Assembly: GCA_015063385.1 (NCBI GenBank)
Contig: SVUG01000001.1
Span: forward strand, 74,201-138,200
Length of the DNA stretch: 64,000 nt
DNA from: Oscillospiraceae bacterium
Lineage (GTDB): Bacteria > Bacillota > Clostridia > Oscillospirales > CAG-272
Reading direction: 5' to 3'
The translations under genes were made by a program, and so were the position numbers. The stretch's first letter is position 1. Every line of letters starts with the position of its first letter. Positions 24,173 to 34,509 of the stretch are shown piece by piece. The notes under the pieces were generated by a model. It saw only the letters and a program-made list of their open reading frames with translations, ran no database searches and was not told where the DNA came from.

Positions 24173-25018
24173 TTACTTTTCAACCGTTTCTTCAATTTTT
24201 TCGTCTGCTTCCTCGGAGATTTCCTCGGTAGTCTCGGTCACCTCTACCGCTTCTACTATCTCTTCAGCAACTTCAACGATGGGAGCATTCTTGTTTTTCT
24301 TCTTTTCGAGGTATTTGTTAAACCTGCTTGCAAGGAAGAATACGAGTGCGATACCGATAGCGCAAATCAAGATAAATGCAATCCAGTGCCAAGGAGTCGT
24401 AAACTTATCAAACGGAACGATAGACAAACCGAAGATTATCGTCGCAACGCCTATTCCTCTGCCGATAATGATAGAGGGAATAAACCACTTGAGCGACATT
24501 TTAAGAGTTCCGGCAACCATAACGAGTGCATCATCAGGAAACATGGGGAAGAGCATCATAACGGGGAAAAAAATCAAGCCCTTGTTGTTGAGCAAATCGG
24601 ATGCCTTTTCACAGTCCTTTTCGCCAAGAAGCTTTTTGCAGAGGTTGTATCCTCCAAATCTTCCGAGTATGTAAAGCATAAAGCTTGAAAGGAATACTCC
24701 GGAGAGAGCCACGACAAACGCCAGCAAAGGATTGTTATAGAGCGCCTGTAAAAGCATAATAAACGCCATTGACGCACCGGGAACGAACGAGAGAAGCGAT
24801 GTGATTACAACCTGTATAAGTATAATCAGAATACAACCGTACCAGGTGGTTTTAAATGAATCGAATATCGCCTGATTTATCTGCATCTCTCCATCGTTAA
24901 AGGAAATAATTCCAAACAGACTAAGCACAACCGTCGTAGCCACGGAAATTAAAACGAATATCAGCAAAATCAAGAGTATTTTGACTATTTTTTCGTATTT
25001 TTTTAAAAACGCTTTCAT
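24173..25018 (-). CDS. TVP38/TMEM64 (SNARE-associated, DedA-related) family membrane protein
   Basis: It is multi-TM, has a conserved ...FFPVMMLFPMFPDDALVMVAGTLKM...IGRGIG segment and ends in an acidic tail. Confidence 0.75.
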   Translation of the reverse strand: MKAFLKKYEKIVKILLILLIFVLISVATTVVLSLFGIISFNDGEMQINQAIFDSFKTTWYGCILIILIQVVITSLLSFVPGASMAFIMLLQALYNNPLLAFVVALSGVFLSSFMLYILGRFGGYNLCKKLLGEKDCEKASDLLNNKGLIFFPVMMLFPMFPDDALVMVAGTLKMSLKWFIPSIIIGRGIGVATIIFGLSIVPFDKFTTPWHWIAFILICAIGIALVFFLASRFNKYLEKKKNKNAPIVEVAEEIVEAVEVTETTEEISEEADEKIEETVEK

Positions 25019-25185
25019 ATTATACCTCTTTTAGAAATGTTTACAACACAGTATTGTAGCACAATTTTGTAAATAAGTCAACTCTTTCGGTGCAAAGAAG
25101 CAGGCATAATAAAATGTTAACAATAAAACTTGACAATGATGTTAATTGCGGTTATAATTATCTTATCAAATAAAGGAAAATGCGT

Positions 25186-25683
25186 ATGAATAAGCTGTCT
25201 CTGGTAAGACTTGTTAAAAAAGTAAACAGCTCCGAAAAAATCAAAAAGACGATAACCGTTTTTTGCTATCTGGTGTCTTTGCTTACGGTATTCGTCTTCG
25301 CTTATATGTTATTATATTTTGCTCGCTCGTCTTTGATTCTGGCAATAAAATATATCATAGTTCTAGGATTTCCATTTTTGCTTGTAGGCTTGGTTCGCAA
25401 GATTGTAAAAGCTCCAAGGCCATACGAGCTCTATGATTTCTTTGAAAAGCCGCCAAGGGCTGGAGAGGGGGATTCTTTTCCCTCTAGGCATAGCTTTTCG
25501 GTGTTTGCAATAGGCACGCTTTGCCTCTTGGTTTCGCCCGTCTTGGGAATAATTACTCTCGTATTCGGTGCATTGCTATGCTTTTGCAGGGTAGCACAGG
25601 GAATTCATTTCGTACGCGACGTTGTTGCGGGCGCACTTGTTGGCACGATATCCTCGCTTATAGGCGTTCTTGTTTTGATATAA
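25186..25683 (+). CDS. PAP2-family phosphatase (membrane)
   Basis: It carries the three PAP2 motifs KIVKAPRP, PSRHS and RVAQGIHFVRD. The ATG at 25186 has better RBS spacing than the one at 25180. Confidence 0.85.
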   Translation: MNKLSLVRLVKKVNSSEKIKKTITVFCYLVSLLTVFVFAYMLLYFARSSLILAIKYIIVLGFPFLLVGLVRKIVKAPRPYELYDFFEKPPRAGEGDSFPSRHSFSVFAIGTLCLLVSPVLGIITLVFGALLCFCRVAQGIHFVRDVVAGALVGTISSLIGVLVLI

Positions 25684-25709
25684 TTTAATTAAAAGGAAGG
25701 TTTTGAAAT

Positions 25710-26399
25710 ATGAAGGTGACTTGGCTTACACAATCCGGACTCTTTTTTGAAAATAAAAGGCTGAAAATTCTCGTAGACCCGTATCTTTCGGATTCACTTG
25801 CAAAGGAGAATCCCGAGAAAGCCAGAAGAATTCCCGTGGACGAGTCGTTTTTTGATATAAAGCCCGACGTAATTCTGATAACTCACGACCACGTTGGACA
25901 TCTTGACGTAGTCACTCTGAAGAGATTTCTTGACGCAGCCGAGAAGCCTGTGCTCGTTATGGCAGGTGAGGCGGGATACAGAAAGCTCAAGACTCTCGGC
26001 GGCGGCCACAACTACGTTATGCTATCTCCTCATTCGGTTTGGAGTGAGAGCGGAGTGACCTTCTATTCGGTGCACGCCGAGCATACCGAGCGCACGGCGG
26101 TTGGATTTATTATTGACGACGGTAAAAAGACCTTCTACGTCAGCGGAGATACCCTTTACAATTACGACGTAATTGACGACGTGCTTGACCTTGCTCCTGA
26201 CGGAGTAGATTTTGCATTCCTGCCGATAAGCGGTCAGAACAACAATATGAACGCACGTGACGCAGCCGATTTTGCTTATGAAATTGGAGCAAAGTGTGCT
26301 ATTCCTATTCACTACGGCTTGGTCGACGACCGCACTCCTGACGAGTTTGATTTTGACGACAGAATTGTTCTTGAGCCTTATAAGGAAACAACTCTTTAA
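25710..26399 (+). CDS. MBL-fold metallo-hydrolase
   Basis: It has ITHDHVGHLD (an HxHxDH variant) and later His/Asp ligands. 229 aa. Confidence 0.8.
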   Translation: MKVTWLTQSGLFFENKRLKILVDPYLSDSLAKENPEKARRIPVDESFFDIKPDVILITHDHVGHLDVVTLKRFLDAAEKPVLVMAGEAGYRKLKTLGGGHNYVMLSPHSVWSESGVTFYSVHAEHTERTAVGFIIDDGKKTFYVSGDTLYNYDVIDDVLDLAPDGVDFAFLPISGQNNNMNARDAADFAYEIGAKCAIPIHYGLVDDRTPDEFDFDDRIVLEPYKETTL

Positions 26400-26404
26400 T
26401 AAAG

Positions 26405-26461
26405 AAAGCTCTGCACTTAGCGTATTATCCTTAACGGAGAACACGCTAAGTGCAGAGCTTT
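26405..26461. terminator. Bidirectional intrinsic terminator with a 19-bp stem
   Basis: AAAGCTCTGCACTTAGCGT, a 19-nt loop, then ACGCTAAGTGCAGAGCTTT. It lies between convergent genes. Confidence 0.85.
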
Positions 26462-27049
26462 TTATATGTCTATTTTTGCAACCAGCTGCTTGTATTCCTC
26501 GTAGCTGTATAACAGATTCATCGCTTCGAGCAGGGCATTTGATGTCATATCGTTTGGCAAACCGCAGAGGGAACAGAGTGCCTTGCGACGCTCAGAGGAA
26601 TTGTCGCAACCCGTTAATTTGTCCTCAAAAAAGTCAACTTTACTTAACATTTTGCGCTCTTTTTGCGCTGTCTCACCATTTTTAAAGGGTGTAAGCAAGC
26701 GAAGAAGGACATCCTTTTCCATTCCCTCAACACCGAGGTTGCCGCTTGCAGAAGGCTTTCTTTTTCTTGATTCCTTGCCCTCGATTTTGGGAATATAGAG
26801 GTTATGTATTTTGTCGCTTGGAAGTATTCCTTGAAGAAACTTGCGTATTTGCTTACCTCCGCCGTCAGAGTCGGTAAGTAGGATAATTCCGTCCTTGGCG
26901 ATTCTTTTTATAAGCGCCTGCTTTTCCTTGTTATTGAATATAGAAAATCCGCCCGTTGTTATAATGGTAGCGTCAACGAAGCCCGAAAGCGTGCTCTTGT
27001 CATATCGTCCCTCAACGATTATGGGCAGGGAAATTTTAACCTTTTCCAT
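26462..27049 (-). CDS. Toprim-domain protein (RNase M5-like / DUF4093-type)
   Basis: IIVEGRYDKSTL...GIILLTDSDGGGKQIRKFL resembles the Toprim core of RNase M5. Confidence 0.7.
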   Translation of the reverse strand: MEKVKISLPIIVEGRYDKSTLSGFVDATIITTGGFSIFNNKEKQALIKRIAKDGIILLTDSDGGGKQIRKFLQGILPSDKIHNLYIPKIEGKESRKRKPSASGNLGVEGMEKDVLLRLLTPFKNGETAQKERKMLSKVDFFEDKLTGCDNSSERRKALCSLCGLPNDMTSNALLEAMNLLYSYEEYKQLVAKIDI

Positions 27050-27698
27050 TTTCTTTCTCCCATTTTAAGCATAAATCAGACATTGGACATTCTTGGCACA
27101 TTGGTGAGCGTGCAGTGCAGATTTCTCTTCCAAAAATAACTATACGGTGGCAAAAATCGCTGCCTTCGCGCAAGTCAATAAGCTCGCGCAGTATTTTTTC
27201 AATTTTAGTCGGGTCCTTTTCTTTTTCGGGATACATGCCAAGTCTTCCGCAAATTCTAATGCAATGCGTGTCGCAAACTATAGCCTCCTTGCCGAAAATA
27301 TCACCGAGCAGCAGATTTGCAATTTTGCGCCCCACACCGGGGAAGAGAAGAAGCTCGTCCATGGTGTCGGGAAGTATTCCGTCGAAATCATTCACCAGCA
27401 TCTTGGATGCTTCCTTAATATTATCCGCCTTCATTCTGTAAAGGCCGCATGGCTTAACAATTTCTTCGATTTCCCGAATATCACCGTTCGCCATTGCCTC
27501 GGCGGTAGGGAAGCGCGAGAAAAGCTCATCGCATACTATATTAACGCGCGCGTCAGTGCATTGTGCCGACAGCCTGCCCATCACCAAGAGCTTCCATGGG
27601 TCGCCTCCGTAATTTAATGCACATTCGGCACTTGGATAAATCTCCTTTAGCCTTTCAACTATCAAAGAAAGGCGTTTTTTCTTTTCGGATTTAGTCAT
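27036..27698 (-). CDS. nth: Endonuclease III
   Basis: It has HhH-GPD (FPGVGRKIANLLL), a catalytic Asp context and a C-terminal 4Fe-4S cluster (CTARSPMCQECPMSDLC). Confidence 0.92.
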   Translation of the reverse strand: MTKSEKKKRLSLIVERLKEIYPSAECALNYGGDPWKLLVMGRLSAQCTDARVNIVCDELFSRFPTAEAMANGDIREIEEIVKPCGLYRMKADNIKEASKMLVNDFDGILPDTMDELLLFPGVGRKIANLLLGDIFGKEAIVCDTHCIRICGRLGMYPEKEKDPTKIEKILRELIDLREGSDFCHRIVIFGREICTARSPMCQECPMSDLCLKWEKENGKG

Positions 27699-28255
27699 TT
27701 TTGCGCCTCGTCAATGAGTCTTTTTGTAAGAGCAACCGACAAGCCTACAACAGTGTCGTAGTCGCCCTCGATTTTTTCAACGAACTTACCGCCACCGCTT
27801 TGTATTCCGTATGCGCCTGCTTTGTCCATGGGGTCACCGCTTTTTACGTAGTCGATTATCTCGTCTTTACTCATTTCCCTGAAATAAACTGCCGTGGTTG
27901 CAACTCCGCTATAAACCTTTCCTTTGTAATGTACTGCAACACCCGTATGCACGTTGTGTGCCTTTCCCGAAAGGGCCGTGAGCATATCTATTGCGTCGGC
28001 TTCGCAGGCAGGCTTTCCAAGCGGTATACCACCGAGCTCTACAAGCGTATCCGAGGAAATAACGAGAGCATTATCTCCAATCTCTTCGGCAACTGCACTG
28101 CCCTTTCTTACGGCAAGAATCTCTACTCCCTCACGCGGGTGAACGTGTTCGGGAAGTGTCTCATCAACCTCTCCCGTAATTATCTCAAAATCCGTTATTA
28201 TCTTACGAAGAAGCTCTTTTCTTCTCGGTGACTTTGATGCCAAAATTGTTTTCAT
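27695..28255 (-). CDS. maf: Maf-like nucleoside triphosphate pyrophosphatase
   Basis: It has the ILASKSPRRKELL N-terminus and a DKAGAYGIQ motif. An ATGA overlap joins it to nth. Confidence 0.92.
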   Translation of the reverse strand: MKTILASKSPRRKELLRKIITDFEIITGEVDETLPEHVHPREGVEILAVRKGSAVAEEIGDNALVISSDTLVELGGIPLGKPACEADAIDMLTALSGKAHNVHTGVAVHYKGKVYSGVATTAVYFREMSKDEIIDYVKSGDPMDKAGAYGIQSGGGKFVEKIEGDYDTVVGLSVALTKRLIDEAQK

Positions 28256-28277
28256 AAAAGCTCCAAAAATCTTTTAT

Positions 28278-28322
28278 AAAAGCGACTGCCTATCGCCGCG
28301 GGGCTACAAACAATCGCTTTTT
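28278..28322 (-). terminator. Putative terminator after trpS
   Basis: On the minus strand: AAAAGCGA ... TCGCTTTT with a long GC-containing loop. The structure is modest. Confidence 0.4.
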
Positions 28323-28339
28323 GTTGTTATTTGTAATGT

Positions 28340-29335
28340 TTAGTTTACAAAACCTATCTTTCTTCTAACCTTGGACATGGTTTTGCGTGCATAGTAAGCT
28401 GCTTCATCAGCGCCTGCTTTCATAACTGTCTCAAGGTGCGCTTTGTCTGCCATAAGGCGAGCAAACTCATCTCTTACCGGGGCAAGTCCGTCAGCACAAG
28501 CCTCGCCGACAGCCATCTTGAAATCACCGTAGCCCTTGCCGTCAAACTCGCGTTCGATTTCCTCAAAGGTCTTGCCCGTAAACGCACGGTAGATTGTCAT
28601 AAGGTTGGACACACCCGGCTTGTCCTCGGAGTATCTGACGCACGCCTCGGAGTCGGTGACTGCTTTCTTGAACTTGCGCAAAACGTCGTCCTTGGAGTCG
28701 AGAATGTATACGACTGCGTTCTGGTTAGAGTCGGATTTCGACATTTTCGAGAGAGGCTCTGCAAGTGACATAATTTTCATAGTGTCGGTGGAGATGTATC
28801 CCTCGGGAACGGTAAAGGTGTCGCCGTAAACCTGGTTAAATCTCATAGCTACGTCACGAGCGAGCTCAAGATGCTGCTTCTGGTCGATACCCACCGGAAC
28901 AAGGTCGGTCTGGTAAAGCAAAATATCGGCTGCCATAAGGCTGGGATAAGTGAAAAGACCTGCGTTGATATTCTGTGCGTTCTTTGCGCTCTTGTCCTTG
29001 AACTGAGTCATACGTGAGAGCTCGCCGAACATAGTGTAGCAGTCAAGAATCCAGCCAAGCTCTGCGTGCGCAGGGACGTGCGACTGCACGAACAGGGTAT
29101 TTTTCTTCTCGTCAAGACCGCATGCCATATAAAGTGCAAGAGTCTCGTAGGTTCTTCTGCGAAGCTCTGCGGGTACCTGTCTTACGGTTATAGCGTGCAG
29201 GTCAACAACGCAGTAAAATGTCTTGAAATCCTCGGAGAATCTTGAAAAATTCTTAATAGCACCGAGGTAGTTTCCTATAGTAAGATTTCCCGAGGGCTGA
29301 ACTCCCGAGAAAACGATTTTCTTATCAGCCAGCAT
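28340..29335 (-). CDS. trpS: Tryptophan--tRNA ligase
   Basis: 331 aa class I aaRS with a HIGH-like SGNLTIGNY and KMSKS. Overall it is TrpRS-like. Confidence 0.95.
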   Translation of the reverse strand: MLADKKIVFSGVQPSGNLTIGNYLGAIKNFSRFSEDFKTFYCVVDLHAITVRQVPAELRRRTYETLALYMACGLDEKKNTLFVQSHVPAHAELGWILDCYTMFGELSRMTQFKDKSAKNAQNINAGLFTYPSLMAADILLYQTDLVPVGIDQKQHLELARDVAMRFNQVYGDTFTVPEGYISTDTMKIMSLAEPLSKMSKSDSNQNAVVYILDSKDDVLRKFKKAVTDSEACVRYSEDKPGVSNLMTIYRAFTGKTFEEIEREFDGKGYGDFKMAVGEACADGLAPVRDEFARLMADKAHLETVMKAGADEAAYYARKTMSKVRRKIGFVN

Positions 29336-29357
29336 TTATACGTCCTCTTTAAATTAT

Positions 29358-29386
29358 TTATGAAAAAATTATACAACGGAAAGCGC
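29358..29386 (-). promoter_or_regulatory. Consensus sigma-A promoter for trpS
   Basis: On the minus strand: TTGACA (29386-29381), 17 nt, TATAAT (29363-29358). The leader is only ~20 nt. Confidence 0.7.
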
Positions 29387-29582
29387 GTTTTGTCAAGTAT
29401 GAAATTGACCGGTTGATTTTTTTACGTATCAACGAAAGTTTATAACCGCGCAATAATTTATTTATATTATTTATTTTCATTTTATATATTTTATTAACAA
29501 TTTATTAATAAATATGTGCTATAATGTGTAAGTTATGATTTAGAATGGTAAAGTAGTCTTAATCAAGAAAGGCAGAAACAAA

Positions 29583-30557
29583 ATGGTTAAAATCGAAAAC
29601 CTTGTGAAAAGGTACGGCACGAATTACGCACTTAACGATATCTCTTTTGAGATAGGAGAGGGCGAGATAGTAGGACTCCTTGGTCCTAACGGTGCCGGCA
29701 AAAGCACGACTATGAATATTCTTACGGGATACCTCTCCTCCACCTCGGGAGCGGCATACGTAAACGGTATAAATATTCTTGAAGAGCCGATAGAGGCTAA
29801 AAAATACATAGGATTTCTTCCTGAGCAGCCACCTCTTTATCCTGAAATGACGGTTTCTGAATACCTTAATTTCGTCTATGAGCTAAAGGGTTGTCAGCTT
29901 GACCGTGAGGCACATCTTGCTGAAATACTTGCAGTTGTAAGACTGACCGATGTCAAGGACAGGCTTATTCGCAATCTCTCTAAGGGTTATAAGCAGCGCG
30001 TTGGTATTGCACAGGCTATCGTTGGCGATCCTAAGGTCATTATCTTCGACGAGCCTACTGTTGGTCTTGACCCCAAGCAGATACTTGAGGTTAGAAACCT
30101 TATTCGTACTCTTGGAAAAAGACATACCGTAATTCTTTCCACTCACATTCTTGCAGAGGTACAGGCTGTGTGTGAGAGAGTTATCATTATAAATAAAGGT
30201 GAAATAATTGCCGATGCAAAGACCGATGAGATAACCAAGACTATCGAGGACGGCTATCGCTACGAGGTCAAGATTTGCGGTCCTCAGAAGGACGTGCTTC
30301 CTGCAATTAAGAAGCTCTCGGGCGTTATTTCGGTAGAGGCTACCGGCGCTCGCGATATGGATTCTATGACTTACGTTATTGACACGGCGTCGGGCGCTGA
30401 CGTAAGAAAGCCCTTGTTTGCTCTTTGCGCGACAAACGCATGGCCAATGATAGGACTTTACCCCGTTGGCACTGATCTTGAGTCGGTGTTCATTAAGCTT
30501 GTAGATACTTCCGACGGTAAAATCGGAGTTAAGACCAAGAGCAAGAGATCGAGATAA
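29583..30557 (+). CDS. ABC transporter ATP-binding protein (ABC-2 / GldA-like)
   Basis: It has Walker A GPNGAGKST, the signature LSKGYKQR and Walker B VIIFDEPTVGLD. Confidence 0.92.
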   Translation: MVKIENLVKRYGTNYALNDISFEIGEGEIVGLLGPNGAGKSTTMNILTGYLSSTSGAAYVNGINILEEPIEAKKYIGFLPEQPPLYPEMTVSEYLNFVYELKGCQLDREAHLAEILAVVRLTDVKDRLIRNLSKGYKQRVGIAQAIVGDPKVIIFDEPTVGLDPKQILEVRNLIRTLGKRHTVILSTHILAEVQAVCERVIIINKGEIIADAKTDEITKTIEDGYRYEVKICGPQKDVLPAIKKLSGVISVEATGARDMDSMTYVIDTASGADVRKPLFALCATNAWPMIGLYPVGTDLESVFIKLVDTSDGKIGVKTKSKRSR

Positions 30558-30574
30558 GAGAGGAGAAATAAAAA

Positions 30575-31282
30575 ATGCTTGCAATATTTAAAAGAGAATT
30601 ACGCGGATATTTCACCGGCGTTATAGGCTACGTATTCCTCGCATTGTTCCTTGCTGTAGCAGGAGCGGTATTCTGCTATACTACGTTGTTTTCGATGTCT
30701 GCTGATGTCAGCTCTTATTTTACTTTGATGCTCATTTTCTGTGCAATTATGCTTCCGATACTTACTATGAAATCCTTTAGCGAGGAGAGAAAGGCAAAGA
30801 CCGAGCAGCTTCTTCTTACATCACCGGTTTCCATTCCCGCAATGGTGCTTGGTAAGCTGCTTGCCTCCTACGTTATTTTCGCGGCGGCAGTGGTGTTTAC
30901 CTCCTTCTACTTCCTTATACTCACTCCTTACGCAACCGTAAAGCTTGCTCTTTTACTTGGTAATATAGTAGCACTGCTTCTCGTTGGATTCGTCTTTATT
31001 TCAATAGGTCTTTTCGTATCGTCTCTTACTGAAAATCAGCTTAGTGCTGCGGTAGGTACTATCGGAATTATTCTTGGCTTCCTTGCTATTGGTATTATCA
31101 GCATGCTGATTCCCGATAAGTACTGGATAAGATACGTATTTGATTCGCTTTCCATATTCACCAGATTCAGCACCTTTACTAACGGCTACTTTGACCTTGC
31201 GTCCGTGGTTTACTATCTCTCTGTCGGTGGAATTTTCCTCTATCTGACTATCCGTATTTACGATAGAAGAAGATATAGCTAA
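30575..31282 (+). CDS. ABC-2 type permease (GldF-like)
   Basis: 235 aa with about 6 TM helices, immediately after the ATPase. Confidence 0.8.
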   Translation: MLAIFKRELRGYFTGVIGYVFLALFLAVAGAVFCYTTLFSMSADVSSYFTLMLIFCAIMLPILTMKSFSEERKAKTEQLLLTSPVSIPAMVLGKLLASYVIFAAAVVFTSFYFLILTPYATVKLALLLGNIVALLLVGFVFISIGLFVSSLTENQLSAAVGTIGIILGFLAIGIISMLIPDKYWIRYVFDSLSIFTRFSTFTNGYFDLASVVYYLSVGGIFLYLTIRIYDRRRYS

Positions 31283-31314
31283 AAGAGAAAGTAATAAAAA
31301 GGATAAGGCTTGAT

Positions 31315-32838
31315 ATGAACAAATTTAAACAAAAGTTTACATCCTACCTAAAAGGACGAGATTTTCCTGCTACCGTTCTCACAGCTATAGTCATAGCTGC
31401 AGTGGTGTTTGTAAACATACTAATATATACTTTGTCAACGGTGTTTCCGTTGTATCTTCATTCTCCTGAAGAGGATGATTTTTCGATTTCCTCATCAAGC
31501 GAGGCTCTTTTCCAAAAGTATATAGAGCTTGGCGAAAAGATTACCATAACCTTCTGCTCCTACGAGGACGTGGTAGATGCTCACGATACCGGTACGTTTG
31601 TTCTTAAAACTGCAAAGGAATTTGCGAGCAAGTACCCTGAATTTATTACTCTGCGCTTTGTTAACGCTATTACGAAGCTTGATTCAGAGGGTAAGAGTGC
31701 TGCTGCCGAGCTTGAGATTTATGCCGACGGCGGTAAAAACAATCTTAACTCTACTTCCGTGGTCTTTTCAAGAGAAACCAGCTTCCGCGTTCTTACCGAT
31801 AACATTACCGGCGTAGGCTATGCGGATTTCTACACTCTGGACAGTAATAAGCAGGTCACCTCCTATAACGGCGAGGAGATTTTCGTTTCGTCTATTCTGT
31901 GGACGATGAACAAAAATCACGGAGCAGCCTATATGACTATAGGTCACGGTGAGACGGCGGATTATACTTTGTATAACATTCTTACTGCCGCGGGATACGA
32001 GGTCAAGGATATAAATCTTCGCAAGAGCGATATTCCTGATGATGCCGAGCTTGTTATAATTTCCAAGCCAACTGCAGATTTTGAGCGCGGTGCTGAGGGT
32101 TCTTCTCTTATAACCGAATACGATAGACTCCGTGCATATCAGAAGCGCGGCGGTAATTTCTTTATTACACTTAATCCTTTGACTAAAAAGCTCCCCGTGC
32201 TTGAGAGCTTCGTGGCTGATTTCGGTGTTTCGTTCTACACCGTTGATAGCGGAGAAAAGGCAATAATAAAGGATTCGCAGAACGGTATTACTACCGACGG
32301 CTTTACGCTCGTTGCGGAGTATGCAGATACCGATTACGCGCAGAATATGAAGCAAATTATCAGCAACCGTACGGGTGACACCGATGCGGCTGTTATAATC
32401 CGCAACGTTGCTGCACTCCAGCTTGATCCTGCGAAAAATGTTTACCCCATATTGTCGTCCTCAGACTCTTCGATATGTCGTGCAGGCGGTGATACGGTTG
32501 ATGAAGCAGGAAATTATACTATAGCCGCTTGTGCCGTAGCGGAAAACGATTTGTCTGATTCGGCAAAGCTTTTCGTTATGTCCGAGGGTATGATGACCAC
32601 GGGTGACGCGGTTGTTTCCGACGGATATTCAAATAAGGACTTCTTGTATTCAATCTTCGACGTATTTTACGAAAAGGGCGATATGCCCTACGGCTGTAAT
32701 AGTGTCGTTTACGACACTCAGATTCTTGAAAATCTCACAATGGGATCTGCAAAAATATACACAGCTTTGATTTTGACGGTTCCTGCGGTTATTGCCGTAG
32801 TCGGAGCGGTTCTTATCAGAAGAAGAAAGAACAGGTAA
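31315..32838 (+). CDS. GldG-like ABC-transporter auxiliary protein, paralog 1
   Basis: 507 aa with N- and C-terminal TM anchors around a large extracytoplasmic domain. An ITITFCSYED-type early strand and the position after the ABC-2 permease fit the GldG family (PF09822-like, not searched). Confidence 0.6.
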   Translation: MNKFKQKFTSYLKGRDFPATVLTAIVIAAVVFVNILIYTLSTVFPLYLHSPEEDDFSISSSSEALFQKYIELGEKITITFCSYEDVVDAHDTGTFVLKTAKEFASKYPEFITLRFVNAITKLDSEGKSAAAELEIYADGGKNNLNSTSVVFSRETSFRVLTDNITGVGYADFYTLDSNKQVTSYNGEEIFVSSILWTMNKNHGAAYMTIGHGETADYTLYNILTAAGYEVKDINLRKSDIPDDAELVIISKPTADFERGAEGSSLITEYDRLRAYQKRGGNFFITLNPLTKKLPVLESFVADFGVSFYTVDSGEKAIIKDSQNGITTDGFTLVAEYADTDYAQNMKQIISNRTGDTDAAVIIRNVAALQLDPAKNVYPILSSSDSSICRAGGDTVDEAGNYTIAACAVAENDLSDSAKLFVMSEGMMTTGDAVVSDGYSNKDFLYSIFDVFYEKGDMPYGCNSVVYDTQILENLTMGSAKIYTALILTVPAVIAVVGAVLIRRRKNR

Positions 32839-32844
32839 AAATAG

Positions 32845-34500
32845 ATGACAAATAAATTATTAAGGAATAAGGGCTCGCGCAGTGCCGTCCTTTCGGTTAT
32901 GACGGTAGCGATTATAGTTCTGACGCTTGCGCTTAATTTCCTTATCACTTATATAGGAATGCAAAAGACCTTGTTCGTCGATACGAGCTTTGAAAATCTT
33001 TACACTCTTTCGGATATGATGAAAGAGGAGTGCGCCTTTATTGATAAGCTTGAGGGAGACGATAAAGTTCGAATTACTTTCTGTGCGGATCCTGACACTC
33101 TCACAAAGTCAGAGTTGACCAGAGTAGTGTATTTTATGTCACTTCAGTTGCAAAAACATTTTGATAAGGTTGAGGTAGTGACTGAAAACATAACCTACGA
33201 TCCAACCTCGGTGTCAAAATACAAAGCGACCGCGCTAAAGGAAATTTTGCCCAACGACGTTATTATTTCGTACGGTGACAGATACAGAGTAGTAAGTACT
33301 AATGCTTTTTGGACAAAGTCGGGCGATATACTTACATCTTATTTCGGTGAGTATAAAATGGCGTCGCTCATAATGTCGGTGACGAGCATCAACAACCCAA
33401 CCGCATATTTCGTGGCTGACCATGGTACTACCTATTACGATGCTGAAAATCCCGAAAGAAAAGAAAATATAGAAACGGCATATCTCTATAATATGCTTAC
33501 CGAGCGCGGACTTTCAACAAAGCTTCTCAATTTATCCGAGGTTGACGAGATTCCCGAGGACTGTGTGCTTCTCATTATAAATAATCCTACGGAGGATTTT
33601 GTATCCGATCCTACTCAGTATGATCGTTTCGATTACGTTTCGGATACTGACAAGCTTGATAAATATCTTGTAAAAAATCACGGCTCTATTATGGTTGCCA
33701 AGGATTATTCCCTATCTCTTCCTGAGTTTGAGGAGTTCCTATACGAATGGGGCTTTGATTTAAGCACCTCGCTCGTTAAGGACGAGTCCTCTCATATAAC
33801 CAACGAAGACGGAAGCTTCACCACTCTCGTGGCTGAATATGATACAGATGAAGATAGCTACGGCTATGCTATATACGGTGAATTTGCTTCTCTCAAGAGT
33901 TCACCGAGCATGGTATTTGATAATACGGGATATATTTCTTGCTCATACGGTGACAATCTCGGTATATTTGAGCCGGGAACCACCTATGTTTCCCGAGCTT
34001 ATGCTCCGTTCTTCTTTACATCATCTGATGCTAGGGCTTATGAGAAAAATGAGTATGGAGAATATGCAACTCCGATTACAGCAGGTAGGCTAGATGTTGC
34101 ATCGGTCGTCACCAGAATCGAGCGTGACGGCACAACGGGCGAGGATAAACATTCATATATCTTCTGCGCTAACAGCCCAGATTTCTTCTCGAATGACCAT
34201 CTCGGAAATGCGTCTTACGCAAACTATGAGATAATGTCTGCACTTACTGAAAATATGATACGCTCCGACGAATACGCTAACATTGATCTCGGAAGCACGT
34301 CTATGAACTCGGCTAACAGAGGCGGAAAGGTACTTCTGGATACCGATATTTTAGAAACGGATACCTATGTAAACGATATCCTTATAACACGCGGTCTTTC
34401 TTCAGCCGCTACAGTTTGGTACGTTGTTTTGATTATGGCTATTCCCGTGGCGGTTGCCGTGTTTGGAATAGTCGTGAGAATCAAGCGCAAATTCTTATAA
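32845..34500 (+). CDS. GldG-like ABC-transporter auxiliary protein, paralog 2
   Basis: 551 aa with the same bitopic architecture. It has the DTSFENLYTLSD...VRITFCADPD motifs typical of GldG-family N-termini. Confidence 0.65.
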   Translation: MTNKLLRNKGSRSAVLSVMTVAIIVLTLALNFLITYIGMQKTLFVDTSFENLYTLSDMMKEECAFIDKLEGDDKVRITFCADPDTLTKSELTRVVYFMSLQLQKHFDKVEVVTENITYDPTSVSKYKATALKEILPNDVIISYGDRYRVVSTNAFWTKSGDILTSYFGEYKMASLIMSVTSINNPTAYFVADHGTTYYDAENPERKENIETAYLYNMLTERGLSTKLLNLSEVDEIPEDCVLLIINNPTEDFVSDPTQYDRFDYVSDTDKLDKYLVKNHGSIMVAKDYSLSLPEFEEFLYEWGFDLSTSLVKDESSHITNEDGSFTTLVAEYDTDEDSYGYAIYGEFASLKSSPSMVFDNTGYISCSYGDNLGIFEPGTTYVSRAYAPFFFTSSDARAYEKNEYGEYATPITAGRLDVASVVTRIERDGTTGEDKHSYIFCANSPDFFSNDHLGNASYANYEIMSALTENMIRSDEYANIDLGSTSMNSANRGGKVLLDTDILETDTYVNDILITRGLSSAATVWYVVLIMAIPVAVAVFGIVVRIKRKFL

Positions 34501-34509
34501 GGAGGCAGT

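Noticed and set aside
29336-29582. Possible T-box riboswitch upstream of trpS
   Set aside because: A consensus promoter (TTGACA-17-TATAAT) sits only about 20 nt upstream of the trpS ATG. No T-box sequence (AATTAGGGTGGTACCGCG-like), specifier or terminator/antiterminator structure is visible on the minus strand.
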